From Octopus sinensis (taxonomy: Eukaryota), in contig NC_043000.1 of NCBI RefSeq assembly GCF_006345805.1, positions 145,638,001-145,702,000 of the forward strand: a stretch of 64,000 bases of DNA, given 5' to 3'. The translations under genes were made by a program, and so were the position numbers. The notes beneath the pieces are model-generated. The model searched no databases. It was not told where the DNA came from and saw only the letters and a list, made by a program, of their open reading frames with translations. Shown in pieces: positions 24,618 to 39,604 of this stretch. The stretch's first letter is position 1. Every line of letters begins with the position of its first letter.

Positions 24618-26139
24618 GTGTGTGTGTGCATGTGTGTGTGTGTGTGTGTGTGTATGCGTTTGTGTGGGCATGACAGGATTCTTTTGTTTGCACCAACCAA
24701 ATCTATTCACAGGGTTTGGGTTGGCCATGAACTATGGTGGAAATCATTTGCTCCATGTGCGATGTAGAGTTCTAACACTGAAAACATGTATTTGTGAAGC
24801 AGTTTTCATACCACAGACCCATGCGTAAGTGAAGAGAGGCATGTGCGGTTGTGGTAACTGAGTAGAAATCATATCAGAAGGGAAACGGGGAGTTTGAAAT
24901 CGACAGAAGTATTTTTATGCTTCCAGCTGCGTGTTGCTTTCTGAAACAAAGAGAAATGCTTTCTAAATATGCAACATTACGCAGAATAGGTATTTCGTGT
25001 AGCAAATTGTTTTTTGTCGTAGAGAAGTAGCACATGGAAAGAAGGTGGAATGAATTATTTATGTAGTGTAGACATGTTCTGCATAAAAGAATGTGTTGCG
25101 ACCGTATCCTAAAAGTGAGCAAGCTTCGTTATGTCACATGATCAACGAATAATGGAGCAGGACATAAGTCAGTTGAGAAAATATAAAGAAACGGAATTCA
25201 AATTCTGAGAACTGTCGGAAACCATGAGGAAGAGATTTTAAGTGTCGAAGTATTACAGGATAGTCAGTTCTGAATCTCCTGGGCAGATATCGTGGGACAC
25301 ATAAGCGCAAACATTATCCGCTGTGCATTTGATAGATTAAAAATTCTGTAGGATATAATAGAGAGAGTATTATGAATAGAAATGTGGGACCTAGAGAGAG
25401 TATTCGGTGGAGCTTGCAAGATTACTTGGAAGTAAAATTAATTCGGTTCTGATATGAGTCAGAAGGTGCTAAGAAGTGGAACATACCATATACGTTGGGT
25501 GCAGGTAGAAGTGAGAATATATATTCTGTAAATGTCATTGATAAAACCATTTGGAGCGATTGCGCATTAAGACATCAGTAGGCATATAACAGGATATTGT
25601 TAGCATATGTATAGACAACACATATTTGATAATGTTGGTATATGTACTGACAATATGAAGTGTATAAAATATATTGTATTTTCCTAGTGTCCTACAGTCT
25701 TATACAACCGTAGCTAAGTGACCATGTGCGTGAAATTTTGTTTTGTCTCCTGTTCAAAAATAGAAAATCCGTTTATGCGTGGGCTTGATATTTTGAACAA
25801 TATTTCGAGTATAGAAGTACATTCATTCAGAAGACAATTTTTAAGATTAATAAGCTAATATATAATTTATTTCAAAATATAAACAAGTAAAGGTAAAGAC
25901 CTCGTGCCGGATTCTAAGAAATTCTATTCGTATTGAGGTATGACTACGCAAGACATCTTACGTTTAGCTTCAAGCTCTAAAAGTATTTTTGATTAATTTG
26001 TTAAACGACTGATAAGCGACTAAAAATAGCTGCATTATCTCATTATAAACAGATTCATCAAAATGACATACAAGAATGGATTTAATAAGCGATGAATTTA
26101 AAAGCAACAGAGAAAATCATTAACCCTTAAATTACACAT

Positions 26140-26506
26140 TACTCTTTTACTCTTTTACTTGTTTCAGTCATTTGACTGCGGCCATGCTGGAGCACCGCCA
26201 TTTAGTCGAGCAAATCAACCCCGGGACTTATTCTGTGTAAGTCCAGTACTTATTATGTCGGTCTCTTTTGCCGAACCGCTAAGTGACGGGGACGTAAACA
26301 CACCAGCATCAGTTGTCAAGCAATGCTAGGGGGACAAACACAGACACACAAACGCACACACACATATATATATATATACATATATACGACGGGCTTCTTT
26401 CAGTTTCCGTCTACCAAATCCACTTACATGGCATTGGTCGGCTCGGGGCTATAGCAGAAGACACTTGCCCAACATGCCACGCAGTGGGACTGAACCCGGA
26501 ACCATG
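26140..26506 (-). mobile_element. tRNA-derived SINE, family A
   Basis: tactcttttactcttttacttgtttcagtcatttgactgcggccatgctggagcaccgcc...gggactgaacccggaaccatg. Confidence 0.88.
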
Positions 26507-27138
26507 TATACATTAGTATATTTTTATGAAACATATATGATTCTTTTCTATAACAATCATTCATGGTCGTGTTGTTAGACGGCACGCGATGGTCAATGAT
26601 TATGAGACTGATGCTGTCGAGAGATAATACTCCTGTTTGGAAGTAAATAACGCAGTTTTCACATGAATAACACGACGGAACCACAAAAATTGAATATAAA
26701 AAGCTTTATAACAATGACAGGAACAGTTAATTTCCATGTAGCATGTATTGGACATGTTAGGAATGGTTCTCACCATAATGTGTGATGCGACCTTGGGAGA
26801 GTTAGCATGTGTGTTGGTCAGCTAATGTGAAAAAACATCCTCTGTAGAGATGACAGGTGGGTAACTATTTCATTGTTGATTCAGGAATATAGTCAAAATA
26901 TCTAGAATATCAGTAGAATAATATGTAAATACTTCATTAGAGATAGGAAAAATTAAAAACTAATGCATAAGATCTATTGCAGTGACGTTTGTTTTCCAGA
27001 ATTGTTTTACGGTGCTATATGACACCGCTAGGAATTACGCAGTACATATGTGTTATTTCATATATATTTGTTTTATTTTTCCTTGGAACATGGACATCCA
27101 ACCATTGAAGCATAGTTTTCTCTTACTATACGTGTTAC

Positions 27139-27354
27139 TACCTCCGCCAATGATGTTATGTTTTTGCCGGCGTTGGTTTATTCTTCTGACTGTCTGTATG
27201 TTTGTTAGCAAGATAACTCTAAAATGTATAGATGGATGGTGATGAAATGTTCACAATAGGATGAAACTTTGGATGTGATCAGATATAATCCAAGCTATAG
27301 GGGTGGGGGGACATGCTACTTGGCGGAGGTCTGTACTTTCCGAGTGCTACAGTT
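27139..27354 (+). mobile_element. Helentron-associated non-autonomous element (HINE/DINE-1-like)
   Basis: Subterminal inverted repeats acctccgccaa (27140-50) and ttggcggaggt (27320-30), an internal ctgtctgt-type tract, and a 3' segment ctgtactttccgagtgctacag. Confidence 0.65.
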
Positions 27355-27359
27355 TCTTG

Positions 27360-29335
27360 TTTTTCACCAATGTGTATTTGTTTCAGGAAACTGTCTTTGA
27401 ATGAAATTTTCAGTATTCCTGAACAGGAAGGTGACTACCTATATGATATTTTCATTGAACCCCTAGAGGTTACTGACTTGGCAGATAAGGATTCGGAAAA
27501 TATAAAGCAAGCTGACACCAATCAACACACTCAGAATCTCTCAGGCATCCAGCTTCGCGCCCCAGCAGAATTGCAATCACAAAGTACTAAAACAAAAGGT
27601 AAAAAAATTGACGCAGGAAGCTCTGCTGCAAGTTCTGACAGGCTTCAGGTACAGGAAACAAAAGGAAAAATGCCAAATTACTTGGAAAAAAAGGCCGAAA
27701 CATAAGTGATGCCATCCAATTTTCCTGAATGTTACTATTCAAAATACTGGGATTTTAGTGAAGTGGAATTATTTCAGCTATTCTATGACAATGATATAAT
27801 TGAGCCCTCAATTAAAGAAATGACAAAATACTGCTTGAAAAAGTATTTGACTGATATAAATAAATGACTGAATGAATTCGAAGAGTTCCTTGCAATTCTC
27901 ATAGTTTCAGGTTATAATCAATTACCTCGTCACCATATGTATTGGTCACATACGTCCGATACGCTCAATGAAGCTATCATTAGTGCCGAGATGCGACCGG
28001 TTTGATGCTATAATGCGTTATCTACACATCAGTGCAACAATAAAAGTGAGAAATTTGCAAATCTACGACAGCTCATTTCTCATTTACAAAAGAAAGTTAT
28101 GGAAGATTGTGTTCCAGTACAATGATGAAGCAATGGTAGAATATTTTGGGAAGCATAGCTGCAAGCAATCTGATGTCAAAATTCGTCTGCAGGATATCTA
28201 ATAGTCTTTGATCTCAATCAATGGAAAACTCACTGTGGAAATGTAGGATTAGAATCGACTAATGGAAAGTGTTCATCAACAGTACTTCATTTACTGGATT
28301 TCTATAGTGAGAAGAAAAAACACCTTCCTTATCATGCATATTTTGATAATTGTTCACATCAGTACCACTTCTAAATCAACTGAAACCTTTGGGATATAAT
28401 TGTGCTGATATATTAAGAGCAAACAAATTAGATACTTCGTGTACTATTTCTTCTGTACGCTGTTTTGATAAAAATAAAACAGAACGAAGTTATTCAGAGA
28501 TTGTCAACGGAGTCCTGGAATCCAATGATTAAAAAAAACACTAGATAGAAGGATGACGCTGTTGTGACAGTAGGATCCACCATTCATGGGGAGAACCCTG
28601 TTAACAATGTCAAGCGCTGACCTAAGGAGGAGTCCAAGCACATAGATATGCCAATTCCTTAGGCAGTTTATAATTACAATAGGAACTGGAGAGGAACCGA
28701 TCAACTGGACCAAAACATCAACGCGTATTGCATTGGCATACGTGGGGAAATAGTGGTTGAGTTTTTCACTTGAACAGTAGATGTTTCCATTCGAAATGCT
28801 TGGACTTTAGCCCGAGGAAATGTCTTCTGTATTAGATCGACTGGACTTCAGAAGAGCAGTTGTCATGTCATACTTGAGAAGATTTCAGGTTGAGCCAAAT
28901 AGTTCCGGCAAAACAAAGGAAATCCTGCACAGGAGATTCTGATATGTGATATAATGGTTCTGAACATCATGTGCGACCAGTAGCTGGGAACAAGCAACGC
29001 AAATATCAGGGAGAATTTTGTGAATCATAGACTCTAGCGGAAATTGAAAAATGTGATATGGGATTGTGTATCGCGTGTTTTGCAGATTATCATAAAAAAT
29101 AATGTTACTGTCGTAATTAACTCATGATATATGAAGTATACGATAAAGAAGCATTGTTTCATTATCAATAATAATTACCATAAAATGTATAACATTTCCT
29201 TTTCTTTTCGTTATTTTCACTGCCAGAAAAGAAGAACATATTATACATTTGATTACAGAACAAACAGGAAGAATATTACCACAGTTGTATTTTTGTACCC
29301 TTATTATCCTACCGGTGCCATATGGGACCTCTGGT
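27360..29335 (+). pseudogene. decayed piggyBac (PGBD-like) transposon
   Basis: DEAMVEYFGKHSCKQ, YFDN.FTSVPLLNQLKPLGYN, an acidic N-terminus, a C-terminal Cys-rich segment near 29000-29100, and an end motif ggtgccatatgggacc. Confidence 0.85.
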
Positions 29336-32300
29336 TATTTACGAATGTATTTTGAATTTTACATTTCTGGCTTCAAATCAATGTAACTGGTGTTTAAAGT
29401 AACCCTTAAACAATGTTCCAGAAAAATCAAAAATATAAAAAAGTTATTCTCGCAACAAATGACCTTATTTGTTACCTCAAAGAAAATATTTTTCTGTAGA
29501 AAAGTTTATACAATTTATCCCGTTTTTAAAGTTTATCACACATCTTCGATATCTTTTATCCACATCTTGCTATACATAATTCGACAGGCATGCAGCAAGC
29601 CCATTATTGAAACAAACACAAACAGTAAAATTGTCAGTGAAACTCTTTCTCGTCCTATCCTACCCTGTGTTGTTTGATACGCAATTAAATCACGCAGTAA
29701 ATGATTATGTGAACTCAGTATCTCATATCCAGAAAGTAAAAAAAATCGCATTCAAAAACAAGCAAACACCCCACCAGAAATGTAATTTTTGTTTGCGATA
29801 CACGACCTTTGTGGGACAGCACTGTTGTTAAAGGCAACGCCATGCGCAACCACATCAAATTATATCATTTCTAGAATGGACAATAGTTTGTTGCCCATCA
29901 CACTGCAAACTGTATTCCATAGATAGAACTTTCCCTTTTTCCGACTTTTCCATCTGTCTCACAATATCATTTATTTCTCGAAATTAACTACTTGTATTCT
30001 CCATCCACTCAGATATACTGTCGCGTACGTTTATTGTATTTTCTCCCCCATTTTAAGTCCGTCGAAGCCGATGTAACCATTCCTACCTGCAGAAGAAACC
30101 AGCACACTGGAATTATTTTCCTTACACAGATCCACAGCTCTTGATTTTCTATTTCAGTATTTGGAAAACCTTTCTATTTCACAAGAATGTTAGTTTATTA
30201 TTTTAGTCATGTGGACATTACGAGACCCTAGTGAATTGGAAGGCAATTTTCATATAAAATTGCTGTATAAACCCATGCAAACGCACGTATTACTTCTATA
30301 GCTCATTTCCCGTCAATGCTGATTTTTCCATGAATAATTGTAATCATCAGAGATAATTATAGCCACAAACACTTGACAACTAGTCACCCAGATGCTAATG
30401 AAAAAATTGGTACTTTGTTTGAGAAGCATATTAATAACAAAATAAAGGATAAATTTTGGGGGTAGGTTCATATTGCCTGCATTCTATTTCTGCGAAGATG
30501 AAGCCAAGACATATTCATTTGTTTCTGTGAAGTGTCGTTTTTGACAACTTTGCTATAGCATTGTTTATAAAATGGTTCGTTGGATAATTTCAGAATGTGT
30601 ATAAAGTAAACATAAAAAAAATGACAGTACTACCAAACAATCGCCATACTAAAATCGTCTCCTTTGCAACTTAACATCCATAACAGACGTTTCATTTTTA
30701 TGAGGTTTTTATATGATTTATTTTTATGGCCCGAAACTTCACAAAATAATGTCCTACTGAATACCATTCATAGAATGGTATATTATTGATATAGCATCTA
30801 GATAGGTACAATTATTTACCCAGGATCTAAATAAGTAAAATTTAAAGAGGAGCGACATTCTAAGGCTACGTTTCTATCTGGAAATTCTATATAGGTTCGT
30901 TTTGCAAGAGCTACGATTATTTATTTGTCTAAATATGACTTCGAGGTTCTATGAAGATCTACGGATTTCTGTGCTTTAGGGGCTATATTGCACTTCTTGC
31001 CAAATATAGTTATCAAAATGAGCCAGTAAATTAACAACAATTAATAATTCGGGTAAATATGAATCACCGGTCATTTAAAAAGGGCCTATATTAAACAAAG
31101 TGCATCCTGGTTTGTAAATCAGAAAACTTTTGTAACTCTCTATTGCTAAGATCTAAGGCAAATATTTACATTGGAAGAAATTACGGAGTTGTGCCATTTT
31201 TTTATGGTGTTTGAGTTATAGGTATTAATTAGCGTCAACTAGGAATCATGATTACGGGAAGTCGCCTGTCTTTCTTTCTTTCTCTGTGGCATAAAGCTGT
31301 CTTATATATCAGGAAATATTACTTCTTGATTTAATTTATAAATATATACCATGTTTCTTATTTTAATAAAGCAACGATGATATAATCCCTGACGAGTAGC
31401 CAAATGTAAGTGCAAATTCATCCACAAACAAAGGAAGAAGGTAAGCATTATTTAAAAAAATAGTTCTAATGACCATTAGTTATTGTATAAAAGTTATATT
31501 TTATATAGTATCTCAGACAAGTTGTATATGGTAAGTGATATTTTTCAGAAATTTCTATACTCTTTCAATTATTAACTGGACTTAATTCTATTTAAATTTT
31601 GTCATGTTGGAATTAGTGTATATATATTTATGAGGGATGTTGGCGATATATCGATAAAATGTTAAATAATTACACACGGTGTCTAATACTGAAAAAATTC
31701 ATCATTTGAGTCGCAATTACTACAGAAGAGTTTCTGTTACATCATAAATTAACAACCTTTACATTTGTGTTGATGACAGTAGGAATAGTTTTCTAATATG
31801 CAAGTTACAAGTCTGGAGTTTCACATCAAGCGTCAAAGCCTTTGGGAAAGTAAAGTGGTTTTCCAAAGTTAGCAAAGGTGGACCACTTCAAATTATGCGT
31901 GAGGAGCGTTCTCGAATCATGGATTAGGAGTAATCCTGAAATTCAACTCTGATAACACACACACAATATTTATCGTGAAGCCTCAAAATTCCATGGTGTA
32001 GGCACAAAACCAAAGAGGAGATTTATACACATATGACTTCTATGTCTACTGCTGTTATTTAACGTAGAACAGAATATATTATCAACTGCTCAGGTGGTGA
32101 ACAAGAATTCAATCAAAATTTAATTTGGAGACTCTTTGGAATTGATAGATAGCTATAGTTTTCCATATTCGTAACACATTTTTAAACCGCTGCCTACATT
32201 GCTGCATTTTGGACACCAAAGAAATTAACATTCGCAACGTAGATTAGAAGTTAATCCAAATATTGCCCGAAAATGACATAAGAATTGTGCAACACGTCTT

Positions 32301-33019
32301 CGTTTTCGAGGTTATTTTTGTAGTAAAAAAGAGTTGTGTGCAAAACACATACTTCATTTGGCAGCAGACAAATTACTGAATCTTTTGAAACCCCATACCT
32401 CAAAATCGGCAACTCAGCTTTCTAATACATACGAAACATACGCTCCGCACACAGACACCTCCACACACAAACTCTGTTTTTTTATAAAAATAGGATGGAT
32501 CTATATAGTGCTTCCATCTAGATATTGGCCTTTGTAAATAGATTTAAACCAGCAATATTGAGGAGACTGTTTATAATTCATTCATATATTTAAAAACCGT
32601 AAATATCATTATTCACAACCAGTACTGCTAATGGATTCTGAGGATAAGACATTTCCCTGAAAAGCCTCATGTCTTCGGGATAAAGAGTTAGTGTTAATCA
32701 TTTTTCCTCGCTTGCAAAGATGTATTTGATTTCCATATTTAAAAGGCACCATTGATATATAACACTTTTTACATATATATTAGAGGTATTTTATACATAT
32801 GCGCTGTCTTCAATATCCAAATGTTTATTTTGTCATTAAATGTCATTCAGTTTATCAGATCTTAGTTCTTGTTTTCAGTGATTGCTCAAATCAGCAACGA
32901 GTGATTTTTGTTTTATTGACATGAACGTTTTATGACACACTCCTTTGCTTATGTTATATGACTTCTTAAGCGAAGATCCAAATTGTTGTATAGCATAAAT
33001 ATATGCAATTTACACACAC

Positions 33020-33800
33020 ACACGTGCACATATATTATTCTGTGCTTCGTTTGTTTGTTTGTTTTATATTTTATGTTTTACCCCAGGGATCAATGCTGTT
33101 TTCCATCTTCAATACATTTAGGGATGGATTATGACCTGTTGAGTAATTCATTAGATGCTACAACTAGATTTTCATGGATTCTCCTTACTTGTTTTAGATA
33201 GAGTTTTGAAACTTTATCTATTTTAGATGATTTCCCGATTCTGGTAGCCATCATTGTGTTTGTGATACATATTTGGTATTCTTTATTTTGTTCCCATGCC
33301 TTTCATTTCTAAACTAATCTCTGTTCTTGGTTTTAATTTTGTTCTCACTTTCTTCCAAAATATTTTTATTCCTTTTGCTGTTGATACATTCACATCACTA
33401 TAGAAGCAGTTGGTATTTCAAATAATGTATATATGGTGTCCAAAATACCCTTTTGGAATCAGTTTATTAAAGGGAGGTGCTTATATATTCCTTTCAAATC
33501 CACGATACTTATTCATGTGATATTACAATTTTATTTAAGAATTTGTTTCTCTATTTCTTCCATTATAACTACTGCTTCTGCTTCAAGTTTTCTTATATGT
33601 GTGTTGCTTTTCTTTGGTCTTATATTTTCTTTCTGCACCCCTCTTGTAGGTTTGTCTGGCGAGCATTCAGCTCTATTAAGACCCAATCTGTTTTTCCTCA
33701 ATAATTGTATAGCTACTGTGCACATTAAGTGATACAGCTTGATGTTAGGTTATGAGTCAGTGGAAAACAATTTGATTTTCTTTTTCTCATGTGGAGCTAT
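33020..33800 (-). pseudogene. highly decayed RLE-type (R4/Dong-like) non-LTR retrotransposon fragment
   Basis: The minus frame gives KLYLKQVRRIHENLVVASNELL...IPKCIEDGK, resembling the pre-RT motif of R4-like elements. Confidence 0.45.
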
Positions 33801-34699
33801 CTGTTTCTAGCTATTGTTATAGTGTTACATGGAGAAGCGTTTTGTATCGTTGAGATGGACATTTATCTCTCTTGATTCATATTGAATTTATTAGCGTCAA
33901 TATTATTTCGTTAATATCCGATACTTGACAGATTATTCACGATGATTAATCCGCTGTATTGCGTGTTCTTATTCTGTTAATTGTCAGCGGCGCGATAGAG
34001 AATGTACATTCACTTTTATAATTTTATATTTTTTCTCAGTATTCTTTGATTTTTTTTTAGAGCATGTTTTTTTTTCTCTTGCATGTGCTATTCTCTCAGG
34101 TTCAGACACACTCTTACTGTGTTTGAAAACACATTTGTTAGTAGCTTTTTCTCTTGTGTTATTTTTATACACTTGTAAGAGCTTATATAAGCAACGATAT
34201 GTGACATAAATTTCGTTTGTTTCTGAAGACATTATTTATTTATGTGCGTGCATGTATGAACGTGTGAACATGTGTACGTGAGTGAGTGCGTGTGTGAACG
34301 TTGTGTGCGAGTATGTTTTCCTGTGCGTGCGCACACGCAGGCGTGTTTGCGTTTGCGAGTGCAGTTGAGTTTGTAAAAGGTCTGATTCTCTTTTCGTTGA
34401 TTTATTATGGCATATTTTATATTTCCTGTGATTTCGCAAATGCGTTACAGTTTGTATTATATTTTACGCTATAATTTGTCTATTATCCATAATTTGTCTA
34501 TTATCCATAATTTGTATATCACTTTTCGGTGCAATTCCGGGTTCGTCGGGGCGCAGAATGAGGGAAACATTCAGAATATACTTGTCTGATAGTTTCGTTA
34601 TAGATTTCTATTTTATTTACATTATGTTTATAAAATGAAGCGGTATATTTTGATATTCTGAAAGATCTATTTTGAGCATAAACTGTTTCAAGTATTATG

Positions 34700-34783
34700 A
34701 ATATAATAATAATAAAAATAATAATAATGATAATAATAATAATAAAAATAATAATAATAATAATGATGATAATAATAATAATG

Positions 34784-34834
<51 letters not shown>

Positions 34835-34870
34835 TGATAATAATAATAATAGCAACAATAATAATAAAAA
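34700..34870. repeat. (AAT)n/(GAT) microsatellite
   Basis: Read directly from the sequence. Confidence 0.95.
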
Positions 34871-35366
34871 TGACAGCAAAAGAATGAGACCTCGATATTA
34901 GGTAAATAGAGGATTACGTAGATATGTATATGTATAATTTAGGACAAACAGTAAGTTGCAATTATAGTACTCGGAGTTTCGAATGTCGGAGCGATGAGCT
35001 ACGATGCATTTTCGTCGGCTATTAATGGCAACAGAAGCTATGAAAAACTGTTAAATAAAAGGGAAGTTACTCTAATAGGTAGAAAAAAGAAAAAATACAG
35101 GCAACCATATTCGAACAATATATAAACGTAATACCTCCTGCGTTCATAACGTCTACACACGTACACACTCACACAAACATGGTTGCGTGTATTTTTTCTC
35201 CGTTTTCTTTTTTTTTCTACTTGTTAGAATTACTTCCCTTTTATTCAACGTTTTTCATAGCGTCTATTGTCTTCAATAGCCGACGAGAATGCATCGTAGC
35301 TCTCCGCTCCGACATTCGAAACTCCGAGTACTATAATGACAACATACTGTTTGTCCTGAATTATAT

Positions 35367-35402
<36 letters not shown>

Positions 35403-37469
35403 CAGCAACAGATGGATTCTATTGCACTAGGTCTGTTTCAGACATATTTTGTTTAGATGAATTGAAGTGATTATTTATTCTTCGCCTAACTCGGAAATTT
35501 TGATTCGTTTGGAGCTGGAGTATGTAGACGGCAGTGCAAGAGGTACAGTGAGAGTATTCATCTGGGGGTACAGTCGCGCTATCAGTGTAATCGCATTAAG
35601 CGCTATTACACAACGGTTGTGCTAAGTCGTTTAATACCGCCATTATTATATGGTGTGACCGATACTCCGATCAGGTGTCATTTTTCTACTGATCATTAAA
35701 AATTATGTATTGTCGGCTCTGTATCGATCAGCATATTCCAGTATGCCATGCTGAGACTTTTTCCAATTCATATGTATACCCTCATTTCAGTATTTCATAT
35801 TACTGGCCTAATTCTGGAAATATGCAATTTCAAACTTTGTTATATTCGCGTACACATGCTTCTTTTAGTTAAGAGAGAAGACTGTGGAAAAATGTAATTA
35901 ATTGTTTCTATATAACTATCACAAATTTTTAATAACATCTTTTATTCACTTGTTATTTTAAAAACTTGAATTAGCATTACTGTTTGGAAGCATTTTCTCT
36001 TTTCACTCCTGATTTAACGAACTTGCGATCGATTGCAATCGAAATTCTGTGTATTACATTTGCACACATCTTGTGTGAGTTTACCGCCTGTAGTTGGTTA
36101 CAAGTTCCAGCTTACAAATAGTAAGTTTACTTCCCGCGGTTTAAGTGTCATAACCTATAATTTGTTACAGAATCCAGTATGCCTTAACATAGAGGCACAT
36201 GATGTTAATTACCAAGCAGGGAATGAATGAAAACTTGTAGCCCCACTTCTTTCTCATTTATGCTGTTACGGATTCTACGGTTTCATTATGTTGATTTGAG
36301 ATTTATGTTTCAAACTTTCATTTTTCTAATTACCCTCGTGAATTACTTTCTCAAAATATTTTACTTTCATATTGTTTTGCACTTTTGTTTTCATTAGGCC
36401 CTTTATATTTTCGTTATTTATACTAAAGTTTTAATGATCTATTTCAATGTCTCTCTTTTAAAATTTACTTTGAGAACATACTTTGTTCAAACTGACAGCC
36501 AGTTGGGATATAAACTTCATTTTACGTAAGTGTTATTTCCTGTATCTCATTTAAATGCAAATATTCTGGTAACATCTTTGATGATACATTGTAAGTGTGT
36601 AAAATATACATATCGTATTTCTGTTTCTTTTTTATACAATTGTATTTTTCGTTTCTTTTCGAGGCAACATGGATGAACTCGTATTGACTTTTATTTAGAT
36701 TGTCAACATATTTATAGAGCAATAATCTTAACTTAGAATAGCAGTTTGTATCACTTCCAGAAAGGAAGCAGCTTACAAAATAAAATAAAAGTTAATCAAC
36801 AGCATAAAGCTGATCAACCAACTGCAAAGTAGATTTATGTTTCCCTACTCCAACTAAATCTACACCACAGATACAATGTATTACATGAATAAAATACATT
36901 TAATCCTAACATAAACTAACATTTAAAGCACCGTATAAACGTGAAAATAAAAACCTCTTCCCCTTTTATGAAACCATGAGACATCAATATTGTCATTTAC
37001 AAATGTGATTGTTTTCGGGGGAAATAGTAAACAACAGAAACTTGCTTTTTTACAATGACAAGCATCATCTGATGCAATATACATAGACACCTGAGAAGTA
37101 TCAGTAAGTAAATACCATTTACATCTTATGTGGAACTGTTATGAGCCAAAAAGAATACACATGGTAGCATTACAAACAGAGAAAAGAAACAGGAATTTAA
37201 TGTATGCGACACATATAAAGAACACTGAAAACGGTACACATTAAAAAAGTAATATATGGCATTAGGCATTAAACAAAATGATGAAATGTCATATAGCATT
37301 GACAGTCTCTCAACAGCAAGTATCTAGTCTCATATAAAGTGACGTAAACTCGACTTACTCTTAGGTCAAGAAGCTTTAATCATCCAAAGAATATGTAACG
37401 AATTCATAAAGTATCATAGTTAACAGCGAAATCAATATTGCAGATAAATACCTACCTACTTACTTACCT

Positions 37470-37787
37470 GTGGAGGCGCAATGGCCTAGTGGTTAGGACA
37501 GCGGACTCGCGGTCGGAGGATCGCGGTTTCGATTCCCAGACCGGGCGTTGTGTGTGTTTATTGTGCGAGACATTTAAAGCCCCACGAGGCTCCGGCAGGG
37601 GGTGGTGGCGACCCCTGTTGTACTCTTTCGCCCCAACTTTCTCTCACTCTTTCTTGCGGTTTCTTGATTAACGCTGCGATGGACTGGCGTCCTATCCAGC
37701 TGGGGGGAATACATACGCCATAGAAACCGGGAAACCTGGCCTATGAAGTTGGTTAGGCTTGAAAAGGTCGCATAAATAAATAAAAAT
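37470..37787 (+). mobile_element. tRNA-derived SINE with family C head/core and a different 3' tail; 11-bp TSD
   Basis: Head closely matches 13652; sequence diverges after about 37665; TSD cttacttacct at 37459-69 and 37788-98. Confidence 0.88.
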
Positions 37788-38104
37788 CTTACTTACCTCT
37801 CTATCTATCTATATATTATTTATGTATGTTATATATACATATCTATTATATACATATTAATTATATATATATGTGTGTGTGTGTGTGTGTTTGTGTGTGC
37901 GTAATTTAAATAATGAGAGTAGAAATTAATATTATTAATTATATCAATTCAAACCAGTGGCTAGCATACTTTAAAAATGCCCGAGGACTATGTATTGTAT
38001 TACATATATAAAAAAAGAGGGATAGGCACCAAGATTGATCCCTTTTGCATCTGGTTCCTTCGATTATGTGTCCTACAACGACTTTACTGAAAAGCTACAG
38101 ATGA

Positions 38105-38295
38105 TCAGTGGGTAGAGTGCCGAGCTTAAAATGGTGAGTTTGTGAGTCTGAATCCCGGAACGGGCTGCGTGTTGTGTTCTTGACCAAGACACTTTATTTC
38201 GCGTTGCTCCAGTTCACTCAGCTGTGGAAATGAGTTGCGACGTCATAGGTGCCAAACTGTATCGGCTTTTGCCTTTCCCTTGGATAACACTAATT
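38105..38295 (+). mobile_element. SINE, family D (degenerate)
   Basis: tRNA-like gtgggtagagtg...gtctgaatcccgg followed by tgtgttcttgaccaagacactttatttc...ctccagttcactcagctg. Confidence 0.6.
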
Positions 38296-39492
38296 GCATC
38301 TTTTGATAAAGATATTATCTATTATTATGTATGTTTTTTTTTATATATAAACATAAATTTGTCCTCAAATTTCTTACGCATCCTCTATGTAGAAACGGAC
38401 GGTATCTGATTCAATTCACTCTAGCAAACACGTTGATATGATCCTGTTATTCTCTGGGATTGTTCCTAGGTACAACTAAAACTGGTTAGTCCAGTAACGG
38501 GTTAAATTCCAAAATATCAAACTGCATAACATTTTTTGGAAGTCGGTCCCCACTATTTTGTAACTGCGATTCCCTGGTTCATCTCGCAACACATTCTTTT
38601 TCTCTCTCAATCTCTCTATCCCACCTTTTCGAAAACATACGTGCTCATATGTGTGTGCATACGTAACCTATATGTGCATGTGTGTTTTGTGTGTTTACGT
38701 TCGTGTATAAGTGAATATGTGTGTGTATATATGTGCATGTGTGTGTTTGTTTGTGTGTATATATGCATATCATATGAAAATGTGCACATACGCCGAATAA
38801 CATACATATATTTCTCTGTTTTAAATATTTTTTTTTAAATAAAGAGACATATAGCTTTTGAAATTATATCTACTACTTCAATCTATATTTTCCACACCCA
38901 AACAGCTATGTTAATCATAAAACGATATCTTAAGTAATATCTTACAAAGATTCGTCCAAATTTTCTAATCCGAAACAATTTGTATAGCTCTCAAGAAAAT
39001 CCTATCACAATTACTTTGATAAAAGAGATGCAAATTTAAAAGAGTAGAAATTTTCTGTAAACAAAAAGTTCGGTTTATTTCCTATTGTTTTGTGCAATAC
39101 AAATCTTTGATTTTCTTATAGACTAGCACAAGTTAATAAGATACAATGCACTTCAAGTAGCGCATTGAATATTGGGAAAACAATTTATTTTACAGTTGTA
39201 CCATTTTTTCCAATTTTCTTTCACATCTACGTTCTTGAGTGAAAATTTCAAACTTAACATTTATTTATATCGTAATTAATATCATTTTCACCGAACTTGT
39301 TCTCATCACCATCATCCTTTCCTCCACCAAGATTATTTTGATTGTCACCAATACAAATCATGTTCTCATCATAAAAATTCCTACTATACTGGAATTGTTG
39401 GCTCTGGCTTAAAGGTGTCGTTATGTATATTGCTATTCATAGGAAATTTATTTGGGAAGCCAGCAATGCGGTCCCGACGCTGCAAAAAAAAT

Positions 39493-39604
39493 ATTAAGCA
39501 GATTAAACAAATGTATACAAATTAAGCAGATTAACCAAATATATACAAATTAAGCAGATTAACCAAATATATACAAATTAAGCAGATTAAACGAATATAT
39601 ACAA
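39493..39604. repeat. 28-bp tandem repeat x4
   Basis: Unit attaagcagattaa(a/c)c(a/g)aat(g/a)tatacaa starting at 39493, 39521, 39549 and 39577. Confidence 0.95.

Noticed and set aside
29536-29831. Overlapping short ORFs, one with a hydrophobic stretch
   Set aside because: No recognisable motif, no convincing splice context, and length within chance range
32638-32685. CTGAGGA followed by an AAGACAT/ATGTCTT hairpin (hammerhead-like)
   Set aside because: The hairpin is followed by CGGGA rather than GAAA, and there is no stem I or III
39493-39604. CRISPR-like array
   Set aside because: The repeats are contiguous with no unique spacers, the context is eukaryotic, and there are no cas genes
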